Part shown: positions 48,108-57,441 of the stretch, piece by piece
Position numbering within the stretch: position 1 is the first letter of the stretch
How the letters are laid out: the number at the start of each line of letters is the position of its first letter
Origin: a virus
Lineage: Duplodnaviria > Caudoviricetes
Virus record (IMG/VR): IMGVR_UViG_3300020445_001222
Span: 1 to 57,441 of that record
Reading direction: 5' to 3' (one strand)
DNA length: 57,441 bases
Program-made: the position numbers and the translations under genes
The notes under the pieces: generated by a model
Seen by the model: only the letters and a program-made list of their open reading frames with translations
Told to the model about the DNA's origin: nothing
Database searches by the model: none

Positions 48108-48894
48108 TATTTCCTACCATCATTGCATTAAATGCAATGGTGATGCGAGGAATACCATTATAATCACGATATGAATTTGCATTTACTCCATGTGGCAACC
48201 ACGATGGAAATATAAACAAACTACCATTATTTACAATTGGTGAAACTATACCTGAATTATGAGCAGCAAAGTCTTTATTGACATTTGGTTCAATAACTCT
48301 TGCTCCAGGTCTTGGATCACTAAAAGTTGTTGTTTGGCAAAATTGTGTTCCAACATTTGGACAACTTATATGCCATACTCCACTAAAGAGAGAATTTGGG
48401 TGGGTATGATTCATATGAGCATAGTATGGTTTAAATCCAACATTTGCCCACATTGAAGTCAAATAGACTTGTTCTACCTTATAATCATAATATTGAAAGA
48501 CCTGTGCAGCTTCTCTAAGTAAAAAGTTATGTACATCTTCAAAACCTTCTTTTTGATGAAGATCATCGAAACTGTACCAACCTACAGGATCTGGTGCTCC
48601 AGGTTCTCCTGAAAAAGTTCCTGCTTTCTCATCTTTTGTTGCTGCTATGATTCTCTCTTTAACAGAATCAATGAATTCTGTATCATCAACTCTTGATTTA
48701 AAGAGTAAAGATGGAAAAAGAACACCGATATCTCTATCAGTTACTTTTATTTCTTTTTCCTCCTCAAAGGGAGATACTGGTCTTTCATTATGTATTTCAT
48801 TAATTCCAGTATTAATGGTAAATCCTCCAGCAGGACCACCATTCGGAACTTTTGAATCACTATTCCATGATAATTTATTATCTTTAGATGTCAA
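48073..48894 (-). CDS. Putative 2OG-Fe(II) oxygenase (TIGR02466-like)
   Basis: MWANV, HTHPNSLFSGVW, FSDPRP, FPSWLPHGV, RITIAFN. Confidence 0.88.
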   Translation of the reverse strand: MTSKDNKLSWNSDSKVPNGGPAGGFTINTGINEIHNERPVSPFEEEKEIKVTDRDIGVLFPSLLFKSRVDDTEFIDSVKERIIAATKDEKAGTFSGEPGAPDPVGWYSFDDLHQKEGFEDVHNFLLREAAQVFQYYDYKVEQVYLTSMWANVGFKPYYAHMNHTHPNSLFSGVWHISCPNVGTQFCQTTTFSDPRPGARVIEPNVNKDFAAHNSGIVSPIVNNGSLFIFPSWLPHGVNANSYRDYNGIPRITIAFNAMMVGNIDTRTAPIRFS

Positions 48895-48937
48895 TTATGT
48901 ATCTCCGAATGTAATTATTGTAGCATAAAAAATTAAT

Positions 48938-49111
48938 TTAAACAAGGAACTCATCCTTGTAGTAATCAACTGTAACCTGCATTTTGGTAGCCTCCTTAAC
49001 TAAACTGTTATAATATTCTTGTCTCTGGTTCCACTTGATAATTTCAAGTTCAGATCGAATCATATAACTCCTCATTAGTTCTACAAATTGTTCAATTTCT
49101 TCATCATTCAT
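48938..49111 (-). CDS. Small hypothetical protein (57 aa)
   Basis: MNDEEIEQFVELMRSYM...KMQVTVDYYKDEFLV. Confidence 0.6.
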   Translation of the reverse strand: MNDEEIEQFVELMRSYMIRSELEIIKWNQRQEYYNSLVKEATKMQVTVDYYKDEFLV

Positions 49112-50876
49112 AAGTAACGAAACCTTTGGGTCTTTGTTTCCATTTTTGTTTCTTATCTCTCTGAGACAATGGAATACCTTTTCTCTTTTCTTTTTTTACC
49201 TTTTCTTTAATACGATTAGGCATTTGATCATATATCCCTTGTGGCACATTATCTTCTGTCCCAACAAAAGTCATATCCTCATTTGATCCGTGTATATTCT
49301 TAGATAAGTATTCATAAAGAGATGGACAAGTATCTGCATAAATTATATATTTTTGTTGAGTATCTTTATATAATTGATCTAACCTATCACAATGCGTATC
49401 TGGATCAAATTCTTTCAAGACTCCCAATGCTCTATGTAATTTCGCATCAATTGGAGAATAATTCATTCCTGCAGCAATAACAGGGAACCCTGCGTTACCC
49501 TCAGTATACTGATGATACTTATGTGTAGATATAGCATAGTATAACAATTCAAGATTCTCTCCCATGTCAGTTTCATAGTTTAATGAATTATTAACTGTTG
49601 GGTCAATTCTTACTCTCTCTGTTACATCCTGCCAGTATGGTGTATCATCTCTTGAACTCAATGCATAGTGCATACCAACAAAGTTTGCATGTCCATAGAA
49701 AACATTTGTAAGTGCATGGTTAAGTGAATCTCTATCCCACTGATTAACAAAACCTTTACGTAATATGGAGATTAATGATAACAACCATTCATATGTGGTC
49801 ATTAATCCTGTACTCTCTAATGGTTCAACAAATCCACTTGATAAACCAATTGCAACTACATTCTTCTCCCATACCTTTTCATGTATTCCATTTCTCATTG
49901 TAATGGGTTTGAATTCAAGATCCTCAATAGGGATATTATCATAACGTGTGCGGATGTAATCCTTGAACTCATCAAGAGCTTCATCATCACTAATATACTT
50001 ATCACTATAAACATACCCTGCACCAATACGTGACCATAAAGGTATGTTCCATGCCCATCCATTGTTGAGAGCAGTACAATTAGTATATGGTTGTAACTGA
50101 TTATTTTTATCTGTATATGGTATATGAGTTGCCCATGCTTTATTATTTGGAATTATATTCTCAATAGTATTAAATTTAACTCCCAATGCCTCCTCTAACA
50201 ACAAACTCTTGAAACCAGTGCAATCAATGTATAAATCAGCAGTTAATTTCTGTTTATCTGATAAAACCAGAGACTCTACTCCATCATCATTTGTATTAAC
50301 CTCTTCAACTGTAGAATTAATTAACTTTACACCCTTTGGAAGACATACTTTCTTTTTAAGATATTGTCCAAATGCGGTAGCATCAAAATGAAATGCAGTA
50401 TCAGTTGCAAAGGAAAAACCAGGTGTCTTACCAGTGCTATCATCAGACATTTTATTGCTCTCTGCAACTGCTGTAATAGGATAATGGCAACGTGAGTATG
50501 AATTACTATCAAGACCACCTCTATTTCCTTTTAAAAACCACCAATCGTTTGGTCCTACTTGTTCTATTGGTCTTTGGAACTCTCCAAATGGATAATGAAA
50601 TCCTCCTGTATCTTTTCCCAACCAATCTGTAAATTTAATGCTTAATTTATAACTACCATCTATCTCTGTTAGAAAATCTTTATCAGTAAGACCTATCAAT
50701 GATGTCCAATGTTTTATACCACCAAGAGTACTCTCTCCAACCCCCAATGTAGGAAAGTCGGGACTCTCAATGATGGTAACATCCATCTTTGGAAACTGTG
50801 TTGCAAATGTTGCAGCAGCCATCCAACCAGATGATCCACCACCTACGATGCATACACTCTTAATCTTTTTGCTCAT
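49104..50876 (-). CDS. prnA: Flavin-dependent (tryptophan) halogenase, PrnA family
   Basis: GGGSSG FAD motif, GVGEST, SYKLSIKF catalytic Lys, WAWNIPL, FVEPLESTG. Confidence 0.92.
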   Translation of the reverse strand: MSKKIKSVCIVGGGSSGWMAAATFATQFPKMDVTIIESPDFPTLGVGESTLGGIKHWTSLIGLTDKDFLTEIDGSYKLSIKFTDWLGKDTGGFHYPFGEFQRPIEQVGPNDWWFLKGNRGGLDSNSYSRCHYPITAVAESNKMSDDSTGKTPGFSFATDTAFHFDATAFGQYLKKKVCLPKGVKLINSTVEEVNTNDDGVESLVLSDKQKLTADLYIDCTGFKSLLLEEALGVKFNTIENIIPNNKAWATHIPYTDKNNQLQPYTNCTALNNGWAWNIPLWSRIGAGYVYSDKYISDDEALDEFKDYIRTRYDNIPIEDLEFKPITMRNGIHEKVWEKNVVAIGLSSGFVEPLESTGLMTTYEWLLSLISILRKGFVNQWDRDSLNHALTNVFYGHANFVGMHYALSSRDDTPYWQDVTERVRIDPTVNNSLNYETDMGENLELLYYAISTHKYHQYTEGNAGFPVIAAGMNYSPIDAKLHRALGVLKEFDPDTHCDRLDQLYKDTQQKYIIYADTCPSLYEYLSKNIHGSNEDMTFVGTEDNVPQGIYDQMPNRIKEKVKKEKRKGIPLSQRDKKQKWKQRPKGFVTYE

Positions 50877-51000
50877 TCATTCTCTCTTCAATTTTTCTTA
50901 AGAACTCCTCATCTGGAGTGAATATAATAGGACCTTGTGCAATTGCTTCATCTAAATCATCCAATAATGGATCTCTCTCTTCATTTGATTGTGTAGTCAT
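50860..51000 (-). CDS. Small acidic hypothetical protein (46 aa)
   Basis: MTTQSNEERDPLLDDLDEAIAQGPIIFTPDEEFL...; AGGAGG RBS. Confidence 0.55.
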   Translation of the reverse strand: MTTQSNEERDPLLDDLDEAIAQGPIIFTPDEEFLRKIEERMNEQKD

Positions 51001-51102
51001 TTGTCCTCCTTAGGCCATTTTTCTTTACTGCGAATGATCCTTTCTAGTCTCTCAGGATATTTTGGAAGTGGTGGTTCAGTCATTTTAAAAATAAGTTAGT
51101 TG

Positions 51103-51504
51103 TTAATTACATCCATAAGATGATCCTCCTATAAATGCTCCTAAAGGTATTGCCCACCAACGACCATCTCCTCTACTTAAAGCAGCTCCAAGACCACCTC
51201 CACCGATGGCACCAAGAGTTGTTTTATTTGAATCACATTTACCTGAATGTTTGGTAGGAGTATGCTCATGATGACGATAAATCTTTGTTCCATAAGTGGA
51301 ATTTGTCCTTCTACAAGGCACTTCAAACTTATCAAGTGTTACATACCCACGCATCCACATTCCATCATCACGAAATCTACCAGGAATATATTCTTCTCTA
51401 GTCTGATAACATCTTGATCCATCTACATGTCTCCATGAAGCATAAGACGGTGCAGCAGATAATAATACTGCTGCTGTTGTCGTAAGTAGGATTGATTTTT
51501 TCAT
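51103..51504 (-). CDS. Exported protein with glycine zipper
   Basis: Signal peptide-like N-terminus; GAIGGGGLGAALSRGDGRWWAIPLGA. Confidence 0.8.
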   Translation of the reverse strand: MKKSILLTTTAAVLLSAAPSYASWRHVDGSRCYQTREEYIPGRFRDDGMWMRGYVTLDKFEVPCRRTNSTYGTKIYRHHEHTPTKHSGKCDSNKTTLGAIGGGGLGAALSRGDGRWWAIPLGAFIGGSSYGCN

Positions 51505-51508
51505 ATCT

Positions 51509-51766
51509 CTATGATAACAGGTCTAAGTCCTTTCCATGTCGTTCTCTATCCACTTTAAGAGGTGGCACATAGGTATTGAAATTATTTTTAATTTCTTCTA
51601 ATCTATCTGCCTGAGCACCTAATTTTTTCAAAACTGTTCGAGCATTAACATCAAACTTTTGTTTAGATGCATCAATATCTTTTCCTAAGAGAACATCAAT
51701 TAGGAAATCGCATTCAGATTCATTTAAATCTGATTCCATTCTATGTATGGTTCCCATAATACTCAT
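51509..51766 (-). CDS. Hypothetical protein
   Basis: 85 aa; AAGGAGG RBS. Confidence 0.7.
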   Translation of the reverse strand: MSIMGTIHRMESDLNESECDFLIDVLLGKDIDASKQKFDVNARTVLKKLGAQADRLEEIKNNFNTYVPPLKVDRERHGKDLDLLS

Positions 51767-51910
51767 TTGGATACCTCCTTTAGTTTACTGATTAACTCAA
51801 GTACTTCCTGATCACTATGACCTGAAGGATCATCGAACAAAATTCTATAAACTCTGTCCTTAAAGTTTGCATCTCTTTGTGCATAGAACTTTTCATCAGA
51901 AATACTCAAT

Positions 51911-52801
51911 TTAAATACCTCTATCCTGTGTACTTTCATCTACGATGGTATCTAATTCAGATAACTTTGGATACATTCCTTTAAATGTATCTGCATTTTG
52001 TTTCTGTTTTTTCATAGCATCGTCCAGTTCTATTCTACCTGTAGTTTGATTAAATTGCAATAGCATTTTTCTACCTGCTGATTTAGCATCTTTTCTAAAC
52101 TGTTCTGATAAACCAGTTGTATCATTTGAAAATGTAGTTACATGATCACTTAACCATCCAGTACATACATACTTACTACCCTTAGTAACAATATCTCCTC
52201 TATGGTGAAAATACCATGAAGCAGGGAAACAAATTAATTTACCCTGTTTTGGTGCCACACTGAATATATCATCCTTTCCTGGTCCTACTCTAAATTGTGT
52301 TTCTCCACCAGAAAAATCATCATTCAGATACCACATATATGTGAATAATCTTCTTGCACATAGAACACTTCCAGAATCTGTGTATCCTCTTAAAGGGAAT
52401 ACAATTGTATCTAAAATTGGAGAAACATCATCATCAGCATGCCACCCATATCCTTCTCCAACATTAGTCCTTTGTATTTGATATCCAGAGTCAACTAAAT
52501 CTCCTTTTGATTGAACATCATCACCTAATCTTTCTTTTATGAACATTAGATATTGTTTTACATGGGGAGAAAGTTTCTCAAAAAAGTAATGATCATATTC
52601 TTCCCACTCTGGCCATTGAGATATCCATAAATCAGTTGATTTTTTGATGCTCTCTTGGGTAGCTTTTCCCTCAGTATCAGCTGCTGTAATACCCTTACTC
52701 TTACGCTGATCATATTCAAACTTATCAATGATCTCTTTACATTTATCTGCAGGTATTACATCATCATACTCTGCTATCATGTCAGAAAAATTAGTTATCA
52801 T
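51911..52801 (-). CDS. 2OG-Fe(II) oxygenase, prolyl-4-hydroxylase-like
   Basis: YGWHAD, YMWYLNDDFSGGETQF, HHRG, KYVCTGW. Confidence 0.9.
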   Translation of the reverse strand: MITNFSDMIAEYDDVIPADKCKEIIDKFEYDQRKSKGITAADTEGKATQESIKKSTDLWISQWPEWEEYDHYFFEKLSPHVKQYLMFIKERLGDDVQSKGDLVDSGYQIQRTNVGEGYGWHADDDVSPILDTIVFPLRGYTDSGSVLCARRLFTYMWYLNDDFSGGETQFRVGPGKDDIFSVAPKQGKLICFPASWYFHHRGDIVTKGSKYVCTGWLSDHVTTFSNDTTGLSEQFRKDAKSAGRKMLLQFNQTTGRIELDDAMKKQKQNADTFKGMYPKLSELDTIVDESTQDRGI

Positions 52802-53322
52802 GTTAATGTATCACCTTTTGTTAAATTAAATGCTAAAATTATTCTTCTTTCCATTACAGGTGGACTGAAATGATATATTTCTGGATCCCAAATCAATACA
52901 TCACCACATTCAACTTTAGAAGTTGTTGTATTACATCGATGTAATGGATCTTGAAAATAAGTAGATTGTCCTTCTGTTAAGAACAAACAACCAGAACCAC
53001 TTATATTTGTTCCTGCATGATTATGTATTGGATGAAATCCACCAGGTTCATATACTTGAACCCAAGAATTATCAAATGCTTCTGGGGGAGCTAAAGGTTC
53101 TAACACTTTGTAAATCCAAGGAACTACATGTGCTCGGTTATTTGAACCATAAGTTGTCCAAAGTCTGCCATGATCAATGTACTTCCCATACTTCTTACAC
53201 CATTCCTCACATTTATCAATCCACCCCTCTGGGATGGAAATGTTATCCTTAATAATAATTGAAGGTGGGAAAAGTTGATGATGCTTTGTACCTTCTTTCT
53301 TTTCTTCAATTTCTTCAGTCAT
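52798..53322 (-). CDS. Putative 2OG-Fe(II) oxygenase
   Basis: SWVQVY, HPIHNH, YHFSPP, RIILAFN. Confidence 0.82.
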   Translation of the reverse strand: MTEEIEEKKEGTKHHQLFPPSIIIKDNISIPEGWIDKCEEWCKKYGKYIDHGRLWTTYGSNNRAHVVPWIYKVLEPLAPPEAFDNSWVQVYEPGGFHPIHNHAGTNISGSGCLFLTEGQSTYFQDPLHRCNTTTSKVECGDVLIWDPEIYHFSPPVMERRIILAFNLTKGDTLT

Positions 53323-53719
53323 AAAATACCTCTAATCCAACTGGTTCTCCGAAACTATAATCATAAGTTAATGCATCATGACAAACATAATGCGGATGAT
53401 CGGATTCTACACCCAATCTCTTACACAATTCAAGATGATTATCCTCCATAAGTTCTACTGCATACAACATATTGTTTAATATGTGTTCCTCATCATGATA
53501 CTGCAGTAATATATTTTTAAGAGTAACTAAAAAGTTACCACTACCTGCTGAATTATCTATGAAAGTAGAATTGGGGTTCTTTTTTATATCATCTGGTATA
53601 TCATTTATTATTCTAACACAAATATCCATAGGTGTAAACACTTCGCTAGTAGCGTTTATCCTATCATCCGATCTCTCAATTGCAGATCCTACACTTTTAT
53701 TATGGTCGTTTCTCTTCAT
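53315..53719 (-). CDS. Stand-alone SAM-binding half of an N6-adenine DNA methyltransferase
   Basis: EVFTP (motif X), FIDNSAGSGNFL (motif I), LYAVEL (II), DAL (III); no NPPY. Confidence 0.85.
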   Translation of the reverse strand: MKRNDHNKSVGSAIERSDDRINATSEVFTPMDICVRIINDIPDDIKKNPNSTFIDNSAGSGNFLVTLKNILLQYHDEEHILNNMLYAVELMEDNHLELCKRLGVESDHPHYVCHDALTYDYSFGEPVGLEVFYD

Positions 53720-56700
53720 AAAATATCAGGAATAGTTCTGAATAATTCTTTTGAGTTAGTATTAACTATTCTGTTCTTTAGAACCATTTGATGTACCTTA
53801 TCAGATCTTAAATAATCTGCAAGTTTGTTACTATCTTCTTCCGAAGATGTTTTTATAATAACTGTAGATCCACTGATAGCATGATCATATGGTTTAATAC
53901 GAACTTGTCCAAAACCTTGTCCACCATATTTACTATTCATTACAACTCCATGTTGATTAACACAACAAGTATACTGAGACTTATCAACATTAGTAACTTG
54001 CATCTCTCCATTTTTACCACCCATTGTGGTTATCATAGGATACTCCCCCTCAATCAACTGATTTAAGTTCAAATCTCCACGTTGATAACGATGTCCCATA
54101 TTGTTAGGAACATCTGAAACAAAATCTGGATTAGTAAATCTAATGCAAGTATCAGCAGTAATTTGAATATTCTTTACTGTACCATCAAGATAGGTTAATT
54201 TTGTTGTACCAGTATACCCACGTTTCCATGTACAGATACATGTTTCTGTCATTGATATAGATGGAAATGTATCAGGAGATAATGCTTCAATAGAAACAAT
54301 ACCTGGTGTTGAAAACAAAGTTCTTCTAAACTTTGATGTGGATTTGGCAAAGTGTTTTGATCTGATTACTTCTGATACATAATCAGACCTATTCATTGCA
54401 TTTAGATAGAAATGTGTATCTAAAGTTTTTGCACATCCACCTGTGGTTGCACCTGTTACTGTAGATGTATCCGTATATGGTGGATTGCCAACTGTCGCAC
54501 TAAATTGCATATTGTAATTAGAAAGATCGTCAGTTACATTAATTTTAGCATTAATCTGCTTTATTGCATAGTGATGTGTAGGATCATTCTCCCATACCAC
54601 TATATCATCAGGTTCCCAATCCTTATTCTCTATTGCATATAAAGAATGAAGTCCAGAGGGATCTCCATGTATATACAACTTTTCAGTTGTATACTTTTTT
54701 AAAGGAATTATTCTATCAAGAATATCTAATGAAAGTGTCTTTTGATTCTTCCTAGTAGTTGCAAGTTTCTGTAAAGTTCCACATTCATCTTTAGACATAG
54801 AATGTTCTATATCTACAATCCCTTGATCGATTCTATTAATCCATGATTTAGGTATAACCTTCTGATCTAAACAAGTCTTAATAATACCAGTAGTATCTCC
54901 TGTATCATGTTTATAATATTCTGAATTAAGAATACTATCCACACTTTTAGGTGTTGATTTATTCTTAATCATATGAAAGATGACTAATCCTATTCTCTCC
55001 ATATATGCTTGAATAGTCTCTGTCTTCTGTGCTATCTCAGACTTATCATAGTGTGTAGAAAATTTAGATGAACTGGTAAGTTTCTTATTACTCTTTGCGT
55101 TAGCATTGTTCTCATTTACTGTAAAAGAACTCCATGAAGATAACTTTGCACTCTTCTGAAAGTTATCAAATTCAATGTCTCCTAACTTAAGAAAATCTAA
55201 TTGAGATACAATACCTGATATTAAAGATACTGCACTGTCTACATCATTAGATAAGATTTCATTTAGACGTTCTGGAGTTACTTCTTCAAAATCAGAGAAG
55301 TATTCAAAGATAGGAACTAAATCAAGAAGTTCATACTCAGATTCTGTTAACTCATGATTCAAATCACATGCAGTAAAATACATGTTTCTGATTGTAGTAA
55401 AACAACGTTCTGGACAAAAATCAATTACATCCCAAGAGTTTCTCTTTGTGGATCCACCACGAAAAGCAAACTGTGTCCATTGTTCTCTTGATGATCCTTC
55501 TGCACAATTCATAACAGTATCAATACCTTCTGCAGTTAAACCAAGAACATTTGCAGTTTTAGTTAAAATAACTGTAGATGTATTAGTATCAATATGTGAT
55601 CGGATTGTATCAGAATTTTCTCTAGTATCTGAAGTTACAACTAATGGTTTAAATCTTGTTGATTTAAAATAATCTACAAGTGCATGACATGATGCCATAG
55701 AAGGCAAAGTTATCATTATATGTCTAGAATTCTTTAATATTCTTTTGTTATACTTTATTCCATCTTGAGTAAAAACTTTACTCATAAATTCATCAACTAA
55801 TATTGGTTCAACAAAATCATCTTCATCCTTGTTTACCCTAAAAATGTTACCCATCGCATCAGGATCATCTCCATACAAATCTTGATATTTACTAGACTCA
55901 TACTTTGCAAGAATCAATCTCATCTGTGGAGAATTTGCATACTCTTTTATACCTTGCAGTCTATACAACTGCTCCTCAAAGTATGAATATACAAATCTAA
56001 ATCTAGGAAAATCCTCTAAGATTTTATTTGCAGTTCCTGAGACATACAATACTTTTGTATCAAAGTGATCTCTAAGACTTATCCATTGATCTCCCTCATA
56101 TCCAAGATGTGCTTCATCAAATACTATCAGATCAATATTACAAGGTAAGTTTTTATATCTGTTAGGAGCTTGAATAGTTGAATATAAAACTATCTGTTTA
56201 TTAGTTCCCATCCAATACTCTATCTCACTCTTAAACTGATCTACCTCTCCATCACGAATATCAATGAATACAATATTATCAAAGTTTTTAAACTCTTGGG
56301 AATCATCTCTCCATGATTGTTTAGGAGAGTTTCTATATGAAACAACTAAGGATACTTTAACACCACTCTCTACAATAGAGGAAAGAACCATTGTAGATTT
56401 ACCTGCACGACACTTAGCAAATAACAAATACTCTTTCCATTCATCCCATGTTGAAGTTATCTCAGATACAAACTCTTCCTGATGTTTGCGAAGTTTACGA
56501 TATTCTTTTTCCTCTACATTATCTGTAAAGAACTCTTCTTCAATAAGATCCTTAACAACGTCGATACTTAAACCATAACCTTCTTCAATTCTAAAGGTCT
56601 CTCTACCAGTTTGTGTAATACCACGTTGTTTTTTTAACCATCTATGTATCTTATGATCTCTACCATCAAAATCTGTCCACCATCCTCTCTTTATTCTTGC

Positions 56701-56835
56701 ACTACCAACTGCTGCTAAATCTTGCTTTGACTTACCATAATCTCTACCTTTATGTCTATCTTTATATGTGGTTGTGGTTTCTCCTAAACCAAAGGCAGAC
56801 GGATTACCTTTAAACCCGTCAAGGTAAATGTTCAT
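53716..56835 (-). CDS. SF2 helicase-methyltransferase fusion with putative N-terminal nuclease (RM-like)
   Basis: AKCRAGKST, VFDEAH, SGTA, QFAFRGG; C-terminal VGNPPY; N-terminal IY..GET..R..DHKIH..RETF. Confidence 0.85.
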   Translation of the reverse strand: MNIYLDGFKGNPSAFGLGETTTTYKDRHKGRDYGKSKQDLAAVGSARIKRGWWTDFDGRDHKIHRWLKKQRGITQTGRETFRIEEGYGLSIDVVKDLIEEEFFTDNVEEKEYRKLRKHQEEFVSEITSTWDEWKEYLLFAKCRAGKSTMVLSSIVESGVKVSLVVSYRNSPKQSWRDDSQEFKNFDNIVFIDIRDGEVDQFKSEIEYWMGTNKQIVLYSTIQAPNRYKNLPCNIDLIVFDEAHLGYEGDQWISLRDHFDTKVLYVSGTANKILEDFPRFRFVYSYFEEQLYRLQGIKEYANSPQMRLILAKYESSKYQDLYGDDPDAMGNIFRVNKDEDDFVEPILVDEFMSKVFTQDGIKYNKRILKNSRHIMITLPSMASCHALVDYFKSTRFKPLVVTSDTRENSDTIRSHIDTNTSTVILTKTANVLGLTAEGIDTVMNCAEGSSREQWTQFAFRGGSTKRNSWDVIDFCPERCFTTIRNMYFTACDLNHELTESEYELLDLVPIFEYFSDFEEVTPERLNEILSNDVDSAVSLISGIVSQLDFLKLGDIEFDNFQKSAKLSSWSSFTVNENNANAKSNKKLTSSSKFSTHYDKSEIAQKTETIQAYMERIGLVIFHMIKNKSTPKSVDSILNSEYYKHDTGDTTGIIKTCLDQKVIPKSWINRIDQGIVDIEHSMSKDECGTLQKLATTRKNQKTLSLDILDRIIPLKKYTTEKLYIHGDPSGLHSLYAIENKDWEPDDIVVWENDPTHHYAIKQINAKINVTDDLSNYNMQFSATVGNPPYTDTSTVTGATTGGCAKTLDTHFYLNAMNRSDYVSEVIRSKHFAKSTSKFRRTLFSTPGIVSIEALSPDTFPSISMTETCICTWKRGYTGTTKLTYLDGTVKNIQITADTCIRFTNPDFVSDVPNNMGHRYQRGDLNLNQLIEGEYPMITTMGGKNGEMQVTNVDKSQYTCCVNQHGVVMNSKYGGQGFGQVRIKPYDHAISGSTVIIKTSSEEDSNKLADYLRSDKVHQMVLKNRIVNTNSKELFRTIPDIL

Positions 56836-56858
56836 TGTCTCCTAATAAAAAACACGTG

Positions 56859-57011
56859 GGATGTTAGTTCTTTCTTCGGTTGCGAACCGAGAGGCACATC
56901 CATCTCCTCGTTTATTGGTGGAGGAAAACAAAACTGAGGGGACAGTGCATTACCTTAACATCATGTCTCTGCTTCTAAGTCAGAGTAGTTAGGAACCTCG
57001 TTTGTTTTCCT
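56859..57011 (-). ncRNA. Candidate structured 5' leader RNA (two domains)
   Basis: AGGAAAACAAA/TTTGTTTTCCT 11-bp stem starting at predicted TSS; second GGATGT/ACATCC stem enclosing TCGGTT-CGC-AACCGA. Confidence 0.6.
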
Positions 57012-57017
57012 GTAAAT

Positions 57018-57073
57018 ATTATAGCATTAAAAAACCCCCTGTAAAGGGGGTTGTGACACTTTTTAAACTGTCT
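57018..57073 (-). promoter_or_regulatory. Isolated copy of the early-array promoter element
   Basis: Minus strand GACAGTTTAAAAAGTGTCACA, AACCCC..GGGGTT hairpin, TATAAT 28 nt away. Confidence 0.85.
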
Positions 57074-57332
57074 TAGATCTTCGCATTCTTGTCTTACTTT
57101 CAGTGTAATTTACAGGTGCCCATTCAACTTCCTTTGATTTGGTTTTTCTTAAATTAGCACTCTCTTTTTTTACAAAGGTACTAGACTCTTCCCTAACATT
57201 TTTTGCAAGGGATTGTCCACCATTTAATTCTTTCTCAACTGTTGGTGATTCAAACTGTTTTAGATAACCTTTTCTACTAAAAAGTTTATTCGATTGTACA
57301 GCATCCTCAGATGTTATTGGTTCATCATTCAT
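57063..57332 (-). CDS. Hypothetical protein
   Basis: 89 aa; overlaps cp12 stop; its own stop lies inside the palindrome. Confidence 0.55.
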   Translation of the reverse strand: MNDEPITSEDAVQSNKLFSRKGYLKQFESPTVEKELNGGQSLAKNVREESSTFVKKESANLRKTKSKEVEWAPVNYTESKTRMRRSKTV

Positions 57333-57441
57333 CGTATACTCTACACTCTAATGCGTCTGGATGGTTGTCACAATAAATTTCAAGTTTTGAATCTTGATGT
57401 CTTGTATGCCAGTCATTAATGGTAGCACCACCTTCATTCTC
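57325..57441 (-). CDS. cp12: CP12 Calvin-cycle inhibitor, C-terminal part (runs off window end)
   Basis: ...SKLEIYCDNHPDALECRVYDE*, the CP12 C-terminal Cys pair motif. Confidence 0.9.
   Translation of the reverse strand, partial: ENEGGATINDWHTRHQDSKLEIYCDNHPDALECRVYDE

Overview
Fragment of a T4-like marine cyanomyovirus genome, almost all genes on the minus strand. 1-36.8 kb is the late virion/packaging module (gp17 partial, gp16, gp15, expanded gp14, gp13, fibre, VrlC-like protein, gp8, 4590-aa gp7, gp6, gp25, small conserved genes). 36.9-44.1 kb is an array of small early-type genes in about 15 units, each preceded by the same element: an imperfect ~23-bp palindrome, usually a GC hairpin, and a -10 box 28-29 nt away. 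The upstream gene's stop codon often falls inside the palindrome. 44.1-45.15 kb is a mostly non-coding divergence zone with two inverted copies of that promoter, a CTCGTCGAG repeat array and TGTACTT repeats before a plus-strand degenerate HNH gene. 46-57.4 kb is an accessory island with five 2OG-Fe(II) oxygenases, a flavin-dependent halogenase, a nuclease-helicase-methyltransferase with a separate SAM-binding partner behind a structured leader, and the 3' end of cp12. All family calls come from motif recognition; no searches were run.
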